From: Candidatus Omnitrophota bacterium
GTDB taxonomy: Bacteria > Omnitrophota > Gorgyraeia > B26-G9
Direction: 5' to 3'
DNA length: 64,000 nucleotides
Assembly (NCBI GenBank): GCA_043805415.1
Contig: JAZDHZ010000021.1
Span: 8,127-72,126 of the forward strand
Both the position numbers and the translations under genes were made by a program. Numbering within the stretch: position 1 is the stretch's first letter; each line of letters begins with the position of its first letter. A model generated the notes under the pieces. That model had not been told where the DNA came from, did no database searches, and saw nothing but the letters and a program-made list of their open reading frames with translations. Shown here piece after piece: positions 1 through 8,545 of this stretch.

Positions 1-8
1 CATGGACA

Positions 9-2972
9 GTGCCGGATACTGCGACTGCAATGGCACGGATCAGAGTGCTAGATGTGTCTGATGCTACGGTTTATGATGATTCAGATGCTAATTTCAGAAT
101 GCAGGGATTCTTTACTTTGAATCTGCCAAATGGCGGAGAATACTGGGTTGTCGGTACAGCGCATAATATTAATTGGACATGGGGCGGAACATTACCAAGC
201 GCGAAACTTTCTTATTCAACAGACAGCGGTATAACTTATCCTAATCTGATTAACGCGGCAGCTCCTAATGGCGTGGGCAGCGGCGGAACATTTAATTATT
301 CCTGGACCTTGCCGGATAATATTTCAACAAAAGTAAGAGTAAAAGTCGAAGATCCGAATGATAATACGGTATTTGATGTATCCAACGCGGATTTAACTAT
401 TGCCGGACAGATTATTGTTACCAGTCCAAATGGCGGAGAACGCTGGATAACCCGAGAATCTCACGCGATTACCTGGACAACATCCGGCACAATCCCAACT
501 GTTGATATCAAGTATTCTAAAGATAATTTCGTATCAAACATTAATACAGTTGTCACCGGCGCGGTTAATTCTAATTCATATGCCTGGAGCGTGCCGGATG
601 ATAGATCAGCTACAGTAAGAGTCAGAGTAATTGATCCGCGTGATCCAAGTAATACTTATGATGATTCAAACGCGAATTTTAGAATTGATTACTATACGAT
701 TTCGTTTGAAATCCGCGACTTGATTACTAATGAAGAATTATCAACTTTAACCGTGGATGCTTCATCTAATTTAGGTGATATCTGGGCAACAGCAACAATG
801 CCGGGTAATGCAGCCGCGCCTTTAGGTTCTCCAGTTACTGTTGACTTGCCGGCTGGTTTATGGACAGCAGTATGGTCAAAAGTCAGTTTTGGGGATAAAC
901 AGGCAAGCTTTGAAGTGAACGCGGATAAAGCAATAGACACTCTATATATGGAAACTACTGTAATCCATATCTGGCGCGCTTATTCTGAAGTTACTTATGA
1001 GGCAACAAATGATGTTCTAAAAGTAGCTTCCTGGTTAGAACGAGATGGATATGCTGTATCTGGCGCGGAAACAGTGTCGATTGATGTATATGATGATGAT
1101 GGTGTTTTGGTGCACAATATGTTTTCCAATACTCCTAATGCCGCGGGATTTTTCAACTTAAAATGGAATGCTCCCACAGGATTGCTGCCTTCAGTAGTGT
1201 ACACTTTGGTGACAAAAATCACCAATGCTTCAGGAGCTGAATTTAGGACTCCTGCTTCCTTCAATATTACGGAAACTCAGCAATTAGTCGCTACACAACT
1301 AGCAATGGAAAACATGCGTGATGTTACTTTGCCGGCTTTTCAGTCTGGGGTTGAAACAACGATTAATAACGGCATTGCTGAACAAAAAACACTGATTGAT
1401 ACTAAGATGACAGAGCAGACAAATATTATTGATACAAAAACAACGGAAATGAAAGAGTCAGTTGATGCGAGTATGACTGCTTTTGAAACAAGATCTCAGG
1501 TAGCAATTGATCAATTGCAGGAAGGTGCTGATCAGGCAACCGCGGCAGGTACAGAGCTTGAAACCATTGCCAAACGTCAATCCGGGGAACTTATTCTACC
1601 CACAAGCGTACTAACCGGGGGAACAGTTAATATCCGTTTTCGTATCGCTTCCGGGCTGATGCCGCTAATGGATGTAATTAGTTTTGACGGAACAATGCTT
1701 CGAAGCCAACAACCGCTTATTGAATCAAACAGTGTTGCCGGTTTGTATGGTTATGACCTATATATTGATGGTTCTCAGTTTAAGCCAGGTAAAGCGTTTA
1801 CAGTTGTTGTTACTGAAAATACAACCGGAAACCTGCAGGCTGGTTCAGTAATGGTTGAATCAACATCCTTAACCTCTATTGAAGGTTTGGCTTCTTCGAT
1901 TCCTCAGGTTAAATCTATCGCGGATTCGACTCTAGCAGCGGTTAACGCGTTGCAGAGCACATTGGCAACAGGCGGAGATGTCGGAAAGGCGCTTACTACT
2001 TTGCAGGATGCGGTGGATGAATTGCCATCATTGCTTGCCACAGAAGGACCAAGCGCGAAAATGGCTGAGGATATTAATGCTTTGATGGAGCGCTTAAAAG
2101 CTTTTGCCGGAGAAGAAGGATATGATATCTCGGCTATGGTTGAGGACGCATTGAGCAATTCTCCAACAATGAAGGAGATTAAGCTAAGAACAGAAAGCAT
2201 TAAGAGTGTGGTTAACTTCTTGCAGCAGTTATTTGAACATAAATTTGGAGGAATGGAAGAAGAACCAATGGTTTCAACATCGCTGTCAACTGGTAGTTTA
2301 ATTGTCAACGTGGTCGCGGCTAATCCATCCAGTACTGTATCTCAGGTAACGCAGGTAAAAGTTTATTTGCCCAAAGAAGTTACTCCCAATGATATTATGG
2401 ATACAGGCGGACTTGATGTTGAGTTTGACGCTAATCAATCAATATACTATGTCTACAAAGATAGAATTGAACTCGGGCCTAAAGAAGTTCGGGTATTCAA
2501 AGTTGAAATTGAGGATATCTGGATTATTCCGCAGACAGGTTTGGATGTAATGAAACTGCGGGCAACAAAACTCGCGAGCGCGTTAGAATCAACAGAATAT
2601 GCTCAAGATGGTGGAAAACTAGTTGACAAGGTTTATGCTGCTGTTGATGAAGTAATTGCTAAACAGAATGATATTACGCTAAGTCGCGAACAGCATATTG
2701 GTACTTATCGGGCGAACATCCTGATGATTGATAAATTAAAAACCGAGCTTAATGATATGGAAAAACTAATGATTGTTAATCCTGAAGAAACCGGCGCATT
2801 GTCAACGGCAATGACTTGGAAGATTATTATTATGGTGATCTTGTTTATCGGATTACTCGCGGTAGTATTCTTCTTTACCTGGTATCGCAAATCAGGGTTA
2901 ACTCAGGATGTTATTTCAAAAGCAAAACAGTTTTCTTTTCCCGAAGATGGAAAGGATCATAAAGAAAAATGA
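9..2972 (+). CDS. Large surface/cell-envelope protein, 5'-truncated at window edge. At least three tandem ~95-aa beta-sandwich repeats (PNGGExW...W.W/T..G...VRVRV.D), a long coiled-coil region, and a C-terminal TM anchor
   Basis: The repeat motif 'PNGGE(Y/R)W' plus 'SNA(D/N)F' recurs three times and the first copy is already partial at nt 9, so the gene continues upstream. Residues ~430-700 are heptad-like and Q/E/A/T-rich. The C-terminus has the hydrophobic stretch IIIMVILFIGLLAVVFFFTWY followed by basic residues. Confidence 0.6.
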   Translation: MPDTATAMARIRVLDVSDATVYDDSDANFRMQGFFTLNLPNGGEYWVVGTAHNINWTWGGTLPSAKLSYSTDSGITYPNLINAAAPNGVGSGGTFNYSWTLPDNISTKVRVKVEDPNDNTVFDVSNADLTIAGQIIVTSPNGGERWITRESHAITWTTSGTIPTVDIKYSKDNFVSNINTVVTGAVNSNSYAWSVPDDRSATVRVRVIDPRDPSNTYDDSNANFRIDYYTISFEIRDLITNEELSTLTVDASSNLGDIWATATMPGNAAAPLGSPVTVDLPAGLWTAVWSKVSFGDKQASFEVNADKAIDTLYMETTVIHIWRAYSEVTYEATNDVLKVASWLERDGYAVSGAETVSIDVYDDDGVLVHNMFSNTPNAAGFFNLKWNAPTGLLPSVVYTLVTKITNASGAEFRTPASFNITETQQLVATQLAMENMRDVTLPAFQSGVETTINNGIAEQKTLIDTKMTEQTNIIDTKTTEMKESVDASMTAFETRSQVAIDQLQEGADQATAAGTELETIAKRQSGELILPTSVLTGGTVNIRFRIASGLMPLMDVISFDGTMLRSQQPLIESNSVAGLYGYDLYIDGSQFKPGKAFTVVVTENTTGNLQAGSVMVESTSLTSIEGLASSIPQVKSIADSTLAAVNALQSTLATGGDVGKALTTLQDAVDELPSLLATEGPSAKMAEDINALMERLKAFAGEEGYDISAMVEDALSNSPTMKEIKLRTESIKSVVNFLQQLFEHKFGGMEEEPMVSTSLSTGSLIVNVVAANPSSTVSQVTQVKVYLPKEVTPNDIMDTGGLDVEFDANQSIYYVYKDRIELGPKEVRVFKVEIEDIWIIPQTGLDVMKLRATKLASALESTEYAQDGGKLVDKVYAAVDEVIAKQNDITLSREQHIGTYRANILMIDKLKTELNDMEKLMIVNPEETGALSTAMTWKIIIMVILFIGLLAVVFFFTWYRKSGLTQDVISKAKQFSFPEDGKDHKEK

Positions 2973-3100
2973 TTCCGAAAGTGCCTGCTTGGCCGCAGTC
3001 ATTTCGGACTAAATCCCCGCCAAAAAACGGCGGGATAAATCGCGCAGCAGGCTGACTTGACGTCACAAAAAACGTTCCGTAAGTCAGGCGCTCATTTAAG
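2971..3100 (+). ncRNA. Conserved structured 5'-UTR element, copy A (~130 nt), upstream of the F-type ATPase operon. Two stem-loops plus a ~30-nt inserted GC hairpin (ccccgcc...ggcggg)
   Basis: Near-identical to 39431-39530: gattCCGAAAgtgcCTGCttggccGCAGtcaTTTCGGactaaat, then gCTGACTTga..taAGTCAGgcgctcatttaa. The inner helix covaries between copies (ACG/CGT here, ATG/CAT in copy B). Lies between the ORF1 stop and atpC. Confidence 0.5.
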
Positions 3101-3119
3101 AAATAATAATGATTCCCGC

Positions 3120-3142
3120 AGGTGAAATCGAAAATCACCTGT
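3120..3142 (+). promoter_or_regulatory. Perfect 7-bp hairpin CAGGTGA-aatcgaaaa-TCACCTG followed by a G-rich RBS, immediately upstream of the atpC start
   Basis: Seen directly. Its loop (aaTCGAAaa) is shared with the hairpin at 39364-39385 that precedes copy B. Confidence 0.4.
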
Positions 3143-3157
3143 GGGGGGTAATATAGC

Positions 3158-3427
3158 ATGGAGGCTGGGGCGAGTATGGGGGAAAAGTTATTAGAGGTAA
3201 CAGTTTTAAACCCGGAGAAGATCGTTTTTCAGGGCAAGGCAGAACGCTTGATTCTGCCTGGGGAAAGTGGGGTATTTGAAATCCTGCCATTTCATAAACA
3301 GCTTTTAAGCCGTTTACTTACAGGAACTATAATCATCGATGATCAAATGATTCCGATTTACCGGGGAGTTGTTCAGGTGGGGGGCAATTCGGTAACTGTT
3401 ATTATCGAAGAAAAAAGAAGTTCATAG
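3158..3427 (+). CDS. atpC: F-type ATP synthase epsilon subunit, short form containing the N-terminal beta-sandwich only
   Basis: LLEVTVLNPEKIVFQGKAERLILPGESGVFEILPFHKQLL matches the epsilon N-domain pattern (L.V.V..PE...F.G....V.LPG.EGE.GILP.H.PL). At 89 aa it lacks the C-terminal helical hairpin. Confidence 0.75.
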   Translation: MEAGASMGEKLLEVTVLNPEKIVFQGKAERLILPGESGVFEILPFHKQLLSRLLTGTIIIDDQMIPIYRGVVQVGGNSVTVIIEEKRSS

Positions 3428-3452
3428 GATTGATAAGGAAGGTTAATCTATT

Positions 3453-3671
3453 ATGGCTAGACAAATAATATTGTTTCTGGTTTTTGCTTTATGTATTTTG
3501 GGACCAAGCGGAGTTATGGCAGCAGCAGCTTTTGCCAGCATAAATGCTTTAGGTCGGAATCCATCGGCCGCGCCAAAAATTTTCACAGCCATGACAATCA
3601 CTTTAATTTTTGCTGAAGCATTGGCGATTATTGCCATGTTAATAATATTCCAATTATTTCAAGCAGGATAA
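3453..3671 (+). CDS. atpE: F-type ATP synthase subunit c (proteolipid)
   Basis: 72 aa with two TM helices, a GRNP loop motif and the conserved carboxylate in AEALAIIAM. Confidence 0.85.
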   Translation: MARQIILFLVFALCILGPSGVMAAAAFASINALGRNPSAAPKIFTAMTITLIFAEALAIIAMLIIFQLFQAG

Positions 3672-3801
3672 AAGCTGTAAACCAGAAAATAAATTTAGAT
3701 TTAAGTATGGGGGATCATTGCGATCAAATAATGACTTATGAATGATTTTTCGGTATAATAAAATTATTGATAAACTAATTGGATAACCATAGAGGTGCTA
3801 A

Positions 3802-4536
3802 ATGTTTATAGTAAGTCTTATACTTTTGCAGATTTTTATTTTCGGAGGGCTCGCCTTTTTTCTGAAGCATTTGCTTACCCGCAATGTAACCAGCGCTACT
3901 TCTCATTTGCAAGGCATGATCAAAGAAAACACAGATAAAAAAGAAGAAATGCAGAAAAAGATCGAACAAGCAGAAAAAGAGTACGCGGTAAAAATAAAAA
4001 AAGCAAAAGAAGAAGCTGAACAGATCGAAAAGCAATGCCGCAAGGAAATAGAACAGGAAAGAGATAAAATCATCAGTCAAGCCCATGAGCAAAGTGAAGA
4101 ATTAATGTCTCGCGCGAATAAAACATGTGAGACTATTTTAGCTGACCTTGATAAAAATGTTAATGAGAAGGCAGTAGCTAGAGCTGGGGAATTAATCTGT
4201 AAAGTTTTACCGGAAAAAAATTGCCGGGATATTCATCAAGAATGGGTAAAGGCATTAATTAATGAAGGCTTAAATAGTTTAGATCGTTTGCGCATACCGG
4301 ATGATATTACCCGGATTGAAGTTATTACGGCATTTGCTTTAACTGAGCAGGAAAAAGCTGAACTGCATGAGCAGCTACAGGACCATTTAGATTTAAATTT
4401 AGTCATAGAGGAAACAGTTAAGAAAGATATTGTGGCGGGCATAATAATCAATATCGGCACATTAGTTCTGAATGGTAGTTTTGTTAACAAGATCAGGGAG
4501 GTAATCCATGAGTCCTACTCAAGAACAAACGAATGA
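3802..4536 (+). CDS. atpF: F-type ATP synthase b subunit fused to a delta (OSCP)-like C-terminal domain
   Basis: N-terminal TM helix followed by a K/E-rich coiled coil, as in the b subunit. The C-terminal ~100 aa (…VAGIIINIGTLVLNGSFVNKIREV) resemble the delta C-terminus. The RBS is GAGG. Confidence 0.65.
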   Translation: MFIVSLILLQIFIFGGLAFFLKHLLTRNVTSATSHLQGMIKENTDKKEEMQKKIEQAEKEYAVKIKKAKEEAEQIEKQCRKEIEQERDKIISQAHEQSEELMSRANKTCETILADLDKNVNEKAVARAGELICKVLPEKNCRDIHQEWVKALINEGLNSLDRLRIPDDITRIEVITAFALTEQEKAELHEQLQDHLDLNLVIEETVKKDIVAGIIINIGTLVLNGSFVNKIREVIHESYSRTNE

Positions 4537-6001
4537 AACTCATGCGATAAAATTTGATGTAAAGGAAGTCGGCTGTGTTAAAGCAGTGCGGGAATTCATT
4601 GTTTTAGCGGAAAACATGCCTTCATGCGTCAATGGTCAGATTGTTGAATTTGATGCTGGTTTACGCGGAATTGTTATGGGATTTACTCAAGATGAAGTGC
4701 AAATTCTTATGCTCGGGCCAAAGGCAAAAATCCGCGCTGGCGATAAGGTATATAGTCAAGCAAAATCATTGTATTTACCTGTGGGCGATGGCTTTGTCGG
4801 TAGGGTTGTTAATGCTTTATGTGAGCCGGTAGATAGTCAGGGTGAAATAAAAACTGATGATATGTTCCCGGTATTTAAAGAAGCTCCGGGGATTATGGCT
4901 CGTGATGCTGTTGAACGGACTTTAGAGTCAGGAACAAGAATTATTGACGCGATTATGCCGCTGGCTTTAGGTCAGCGGCAGCTTTTAGTCGGAGATAGAC
5001 AAACCGGAAAAACCTCGGTAACAACGGACGCGATCATAAATCAAAAAGGAAAAGATGTTATTTGTATATATTGTGTGATTGGAAAAACTTATTCCGGTTT
5101 ATTAAAAACAATTGAATTGTTTAAAGAACATAATGTTTTTGATTACACGCTGATTGTCAGCGGAATTGCTTCTACCTCTGTCGGCGAACAGTATTTAGCG
5201 CCGTATACAGCGGCAATGATCGGTGAATATTATATGCAGCAGGGTAAAGATGTTTTGGTTATATTTGATGATTTAACCCGGCATGCCTGGATTTATCGGC
5301 AGATTTCTTTGCTGCTGAAACGTGCTCCGGGCCGGGAAGCTTATCCCGGTGATATTTTTTATATTCATTCGCAGCTTATGGAAAGAGCCGGGCAGATGAG
5401 TAAAGCTTTAGGCGGCGGATCAATGACCTTTCTGCCAATAGTTGAAACGCTGCAAGGTGATGTTGCCGGCTTTATTCCTACTAACCTTGTATCAATGACT
5501 GACGGCCAGATTTATTTCAGCTCAGCTTTATTTAACAAAGGATTCCGTCCGGCGATTGATGTCGGGCTTTCAGTATCCCGAATCGGAAATAGAGCGCAAT
5601 GGCCGGCGGTTAAAGGCCCGAGCCGAAGTCTGCGGCTTGAGTTTTTGCAGTATAAAGAACTGGTGGCCATGACCCAGTTAAGAACCACTGAGCTGTCGAA
5701 AGAAGCGGAAAAAAAATTGCGGCGGGGTGAGGCAATTACTGAATTGCTTATCCAGGATAAAAATAAGCCGGTAGCAATGGAACATCAGGTAGTGGATATG
5801 TACGCGCTTAATCGAGAGGTGTTAGATGAACTATCAGTGGATGAGATTAGAAAATTCAAAATTGATTTTTACGATAAAATAGCGGAATGGTTTCCGAATT
5901 TACCCAAGCAATTAAGAGACACTAAGATTATTGTTGATGAAAGTATTGCTAATCTTGAAGAAGCAATTTATTATTACTTTAACCAGGAACCGAAAACTTA
6001 G
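4508..6001 (+). CDS. atpA: F-type ATP synthase alpha subunit
   Basis: Walker A GDRQTGKTS, plus the alpha-specific region DDLTRHAWIYRQISLLLKRAPGREAYPGDIFYIHSQLMERA. Confidence 0.95.
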   Translation: MSPTQEQTNETHAIKFDVKEVGCVKAVREFIVLAENMPSCVNGQIVEFDAGLRGIVMGFTQDEVQILMLGPKAKIRAGDKVYSQAKSLYLPVGDGFVGRVVNALCEPVDSQGEIKTDDMFPVFKEAPGIMARDAVERTLESGTRIIDAIMPLALGQRQLLVGDRQTGKTSVTTDAIINQKGKDVICIYCVIGKTYSGLLKTIELFKEHNVFDYTLIVSGIASTSVGEQYLAPYTAAMIGEYYMQQGKDVLVIFDDLTRHAWIYRQISLLLKRAPGREAYPGDIFYIHSQLMERAGQMSKALGGGSMTFLPIVETLQGDVAGFIPTNLVSMTDGQIYFSSALFNKGFRPAIDVGLSVSRIGNRAQWPAVKGPSRSLRLEFLQYKELVAMTQLRTTELSKEAEKKLRRGEAITELLIQDKNKPVAMEHQVVDMYALNREVLDELSVDEIRKFKIDFYDKIAEWFPNLPKQLRDTKIIVDESIANLEEAIYYYFNQEPKT

Positions 6002-6177
6002 AAACAATTTCTAATTACTAATTAATAATTTCTAATGGAGTTACTAAAAAGAAAAAAGATGCGAAAAATAATAGGCAAATAAGGAGTGTTTTGCTTTTGA
6101 ATTTTTTGATCAGGGATTTTTTAGGATTTAGAAATTAGATATTAGGAATTCTGGATGAGCAGGGGGGTGGCTTAGCG

Positions 6178-7020
6178 ATGATTCCAATAGCACAATTAAA
6201 AGGGGATATGGAATTTTACAGATCACTTGGTGGTTTGATTGAGGTTTTAAAGCTTGTGGCTGCTGCCCAGTATCAAATCCTGGAAAAAAAAATCAAAACT
6301 TATGGATTATATCTGGACGCTTTAAGCAATGTGTTCAGCTGGCTGGATATGCAACAAGTAAGACATCCTTTTGTTAGTGCCAGTGATAAGCCGACAGCGA
6401 TTGTGGCGATAACTACTGATGCCGGTCTATTGGGCGGGCTTAATTCTCTGGTTATGAATAAAGCGCTTGAGCAGGTTTCAAAAGACGATTGCCGGATGGT
6501 TATTGTCGGCAATCGCGGACAATTGTATGTTGAAAAACGGGAAATGATTTATGCTAATTTCCCTGGTGTTGATGATAATAAACGATTACAGCAGGCTTTA
6601 AAATTAAGAGATTATATTATTGAAAATGTTTTAAAAGGAAAATTCGGCAAGGTTATAATTGTTTTTCCGCGGGCTTTATCTTTTACTGTACAGCGGATAG
6701 AGGTGCTGCGGGTTTTTCCATTTGTTTGCGAAACAAAAAACCGTCTTACGAATTTACAGCTTTCTGATATTATCTTAGAATCAAAATTCGGAGATATCGT
6801 GGAACATTTGATTTATTTGTGGCTGGGACAGAAAATTTTTGAAATTTTCGGGATGGCAAGATTAGCGGAGCAGGCAGCAAGATTTATGCATCTTGAGAAA
6901 TGTACTGACCGGATTCAGGATCTGGATAAACAATTACGTTATAAATATTTTCGGGCAAAACATGAAATCATTGACCAAAACATGAGAGAGTTATTCGCGG
7001 CGAGGTTATTAAATGGCTAA
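6178..7020 (+). CDS. atpG: F-type ATP synthase gamma subunit
   Basis: Size (280 aa), position between alpha and beta, and gamma-like N- and C-terminal helices (LVAAAQYQ ... RELFAARLLNG). Confidence 0.75.
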   Translation: MIPIAQLKGDMEFYRSLGGLIEVLKLVAAAQYQILEKKIKTYGLYLDALSNVFSWLDMQQVRHPFVSASDKPTAIVAITTDAGLLGGLNSLVMNKALEQVSKDDCRMVIVGNRGQLYVEKREMIYANFPGVDDNKRLQQALKLRDYIIENVLKGKFGKVIIVFPRALSFTVQRIEVLRVFPFVCETKNRLTNLQLSDIILESKFGDIVEHLIYLWLGQKIFEIFGMARLAEQAARFMHLEKCTDRIQDLDKQLRYKYFRAKHEIIDQNMRELFAARLLNG

Positions 7021-8419
7021 TAATGCTTTAAGAAAAAACATAGTCGGCAGTGTTGTCGCCGTGCAGGGGCCGGTTGTTGATGTGCAGTTTAATAATCAGG
7101 CTGATGTGCCTAATGTTTTTGATGTTATTCATACTTTTACAATTGATGGACTGAGGGTAACTTTGGAAGTCGCGGAACATTCACCAGGCAATATTGCCCG
7201 GTGTATTTCGATTAATTCTACCCAGAATTTACAGCGTAATGCTCAGGCTTTTCCCACTGGGGGGGGCATTGAAATACCAGTTGGCGATGAAACCTATACC
7301 CGGTTGATGAATGTTATGGGTGAGCCGATAGACCAAAAAGGGCCGATAAAAGCTACAGAGACAAAACCAATACGGCTGGCGGCAAAGGGAACGCAGGTTA
7401 GTTTGAAAAAAGGCAGTAAAACAAGTTTTGAAATAATGGAAACAGGAATTAAAATTTTAGACCTGTTATTTCCCTTAGTAACCGGCAGTAAAAATGGTAT
7501 TCTCGGCGGCGCGGCTATGGGAAAAAGCGTGCTTACTCTGGAAATTATTCAGCATATTGTTAAAAGACATAAAGGTACTTGTGTGTTTACTGGTGCCGGA
7601 GAGCGTGTGCGTGAGGGAAATGAATTATATCATGAGCTTGCTCGCCATGATATTTTAGAAAAAATGAAAATTGTGTTTGGCCAGATGAATGAACCTCCGG
7701 GAGCGAGATATGAAGTGGCGATGACCGGGATTACTTTGGCTGAGAGCATTCAGCGTCAGAATAAAGATGTGCTTTTGTTTATCGATAATATCTTCCGATT
7801 CTTACAGGCTGGTCAAGAAATATCCACACTTTTAGGCCGAGTTCCGTCGGAAACCGGATATCAGCCGACCTTGATCTCAGAAGCCGCGGAATTCCATGAA
7901 CGCATTCGAACTTCTGAAGGAACCGGAGGTTCAATTACCTCTATCGAAGCAGTATATGTTCCGGCTGATGACTTGACAGATCCAGCGGTAGTCGCGATTT
8001 TTAGTTTTCTTGATTCAGTTATTGTACTTTCTCGTGAAAAAGTACAGCTCGGTCTTTACCCGGCAATTGACCCGCTGCTTTCATCTTGCGCGAATTTAGA
8101 CCCGGATATAGTGGGACAAAGACATTATAATGTTTCACAACAGGTATTGCAGTTATTTCAGCGATACGAAGAATTGCGTAAAATAGTTTTAGTTATTGGA
8201 ATTGACGAATTATCATCTCAGGACCGAACAATGTATGAACGTGCTCGTAAAATGCAGTTTTTTCTTACCCAGCCGTTTTCAGTGGCAGAAGCTTATACTG
8301 GCAGGCATGGAGAATATGTTGTATTGGAAGACACATTATCCAGCTGTGAGCGGATTATGAGCGGGGAATTTGACCAAAAACGAGAAGACTTATTTTATAT
8401 GATCGGCGCCCTTCATTAA
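7013..8419 (+). CDS. atpD: F-type ATP synthase beta subunit (divergent)
   Basis: P-loop GGAAMGKSV, DNIFRF.QAGQEIS..LGR.PS..GYQPTL, VPADDLTDPA and LYPAIDPL. Overlaps the gamma stop by 8 nt. Confidence 0.9.
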   Translation: MANNALRKNIVGSVVAVQGPVVDVQFNNQADVPNVFDVIHTFTIDGLRVTLEVAEHSPGNIARCISINSTQNLQRNAQAFPTGGGIEIPVGDETYTRLMNVMGEPIDQKGPIKATETKPIRLAAKGTQVSLKKGSKTSFEIMETGIKILDLLFPLVTGSKNGILGGAAMGKSVLTLEIIQHIVKRHKGTCVFTGAGERVREGNELYHELARHDILEKMKIVFGQMNEPPGARYEVAMTGITLAESIQRQNKDVLLFIDNIFRFLQAGQEISTLLGRVPSETGYQPTLISEAAEFHERIRTSEGTGGSITSIEAVYVPADDLTDPAVVAIFSFLDSVIVLSREKVQLGLYPAIDPLLSSCANLDPDIVGQRHYNVSQQVLQLFQRYEELRKIVLVIGIDELSSQDRTMYERARKMQFFLTQPFSVAEAYTGRHGEYVVLEDTLSSCERIMSGEFDQKREDLFYMIGALH

Positions 8420-8446
8420 AACAAACAGATATCCATGCCTTTTGAT

Positions 8447-8476
8447 TGACAAAATCACTGATCAATGTAATAATAA
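8447..8476 (+). promoter_or_regulatory. Putative sigma70-type promoter (TTGACA-N16/17-TAATAA) upstream of the gspE-like gene
   Basis: ttgatTGACAaaatcactgatcaatgTAATAAtaaat lies in the 126-nt gap after atpD. Confidence 0.35.
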
Positions 8477-8545
8477 ATCAGTTGCAAGTAAGATTATCTA
8501 ACTACGTTGGTTGCTTTTAGTTAAGCTTGACGCGCTAAGCAATAA

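Noticed and set aside
692-2890. Minus-strand ORFs 692-940, 995-1264, 1904-2308 and 2705-2890 inside ORF1
   Set aside because: They are fully embedded in a long + strand gene with a clear repeat/coiled-coil architecture. They have no RBS or homology signal, and their composition reflects antisense of a biased sequence.
2971-3100. Tried to assign the repeated structured element to a known riboswitch class (c-di-GMP GEMM, ykkC/guanidine, fluoride, ZTP, THF)
   Set aside because: None of the class-defining conserved nucleotides (e.g. GCAAA/ACGCAAAGC for GEMM, GUCCGAGAG for ykkC) are present. It is left as an unclassified structured element.
4632-4832. + strand 66-aa ORF in an alternative frame inside atpA
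   Set aside because: It overlaps the well-supported alpha-subunit frame (Walker A and signature motifs), so it is spurious.
3158-8419. Considered calling the F-type cluster an N-ATPase
   Set aside because: The N-type order is beta-epsilon-Q-R-a-c-b-alpha-gamma and lacks delta. Here there is a delta-like tail on b, no AtpQ/R, and no a subunit, so the call is not supported.
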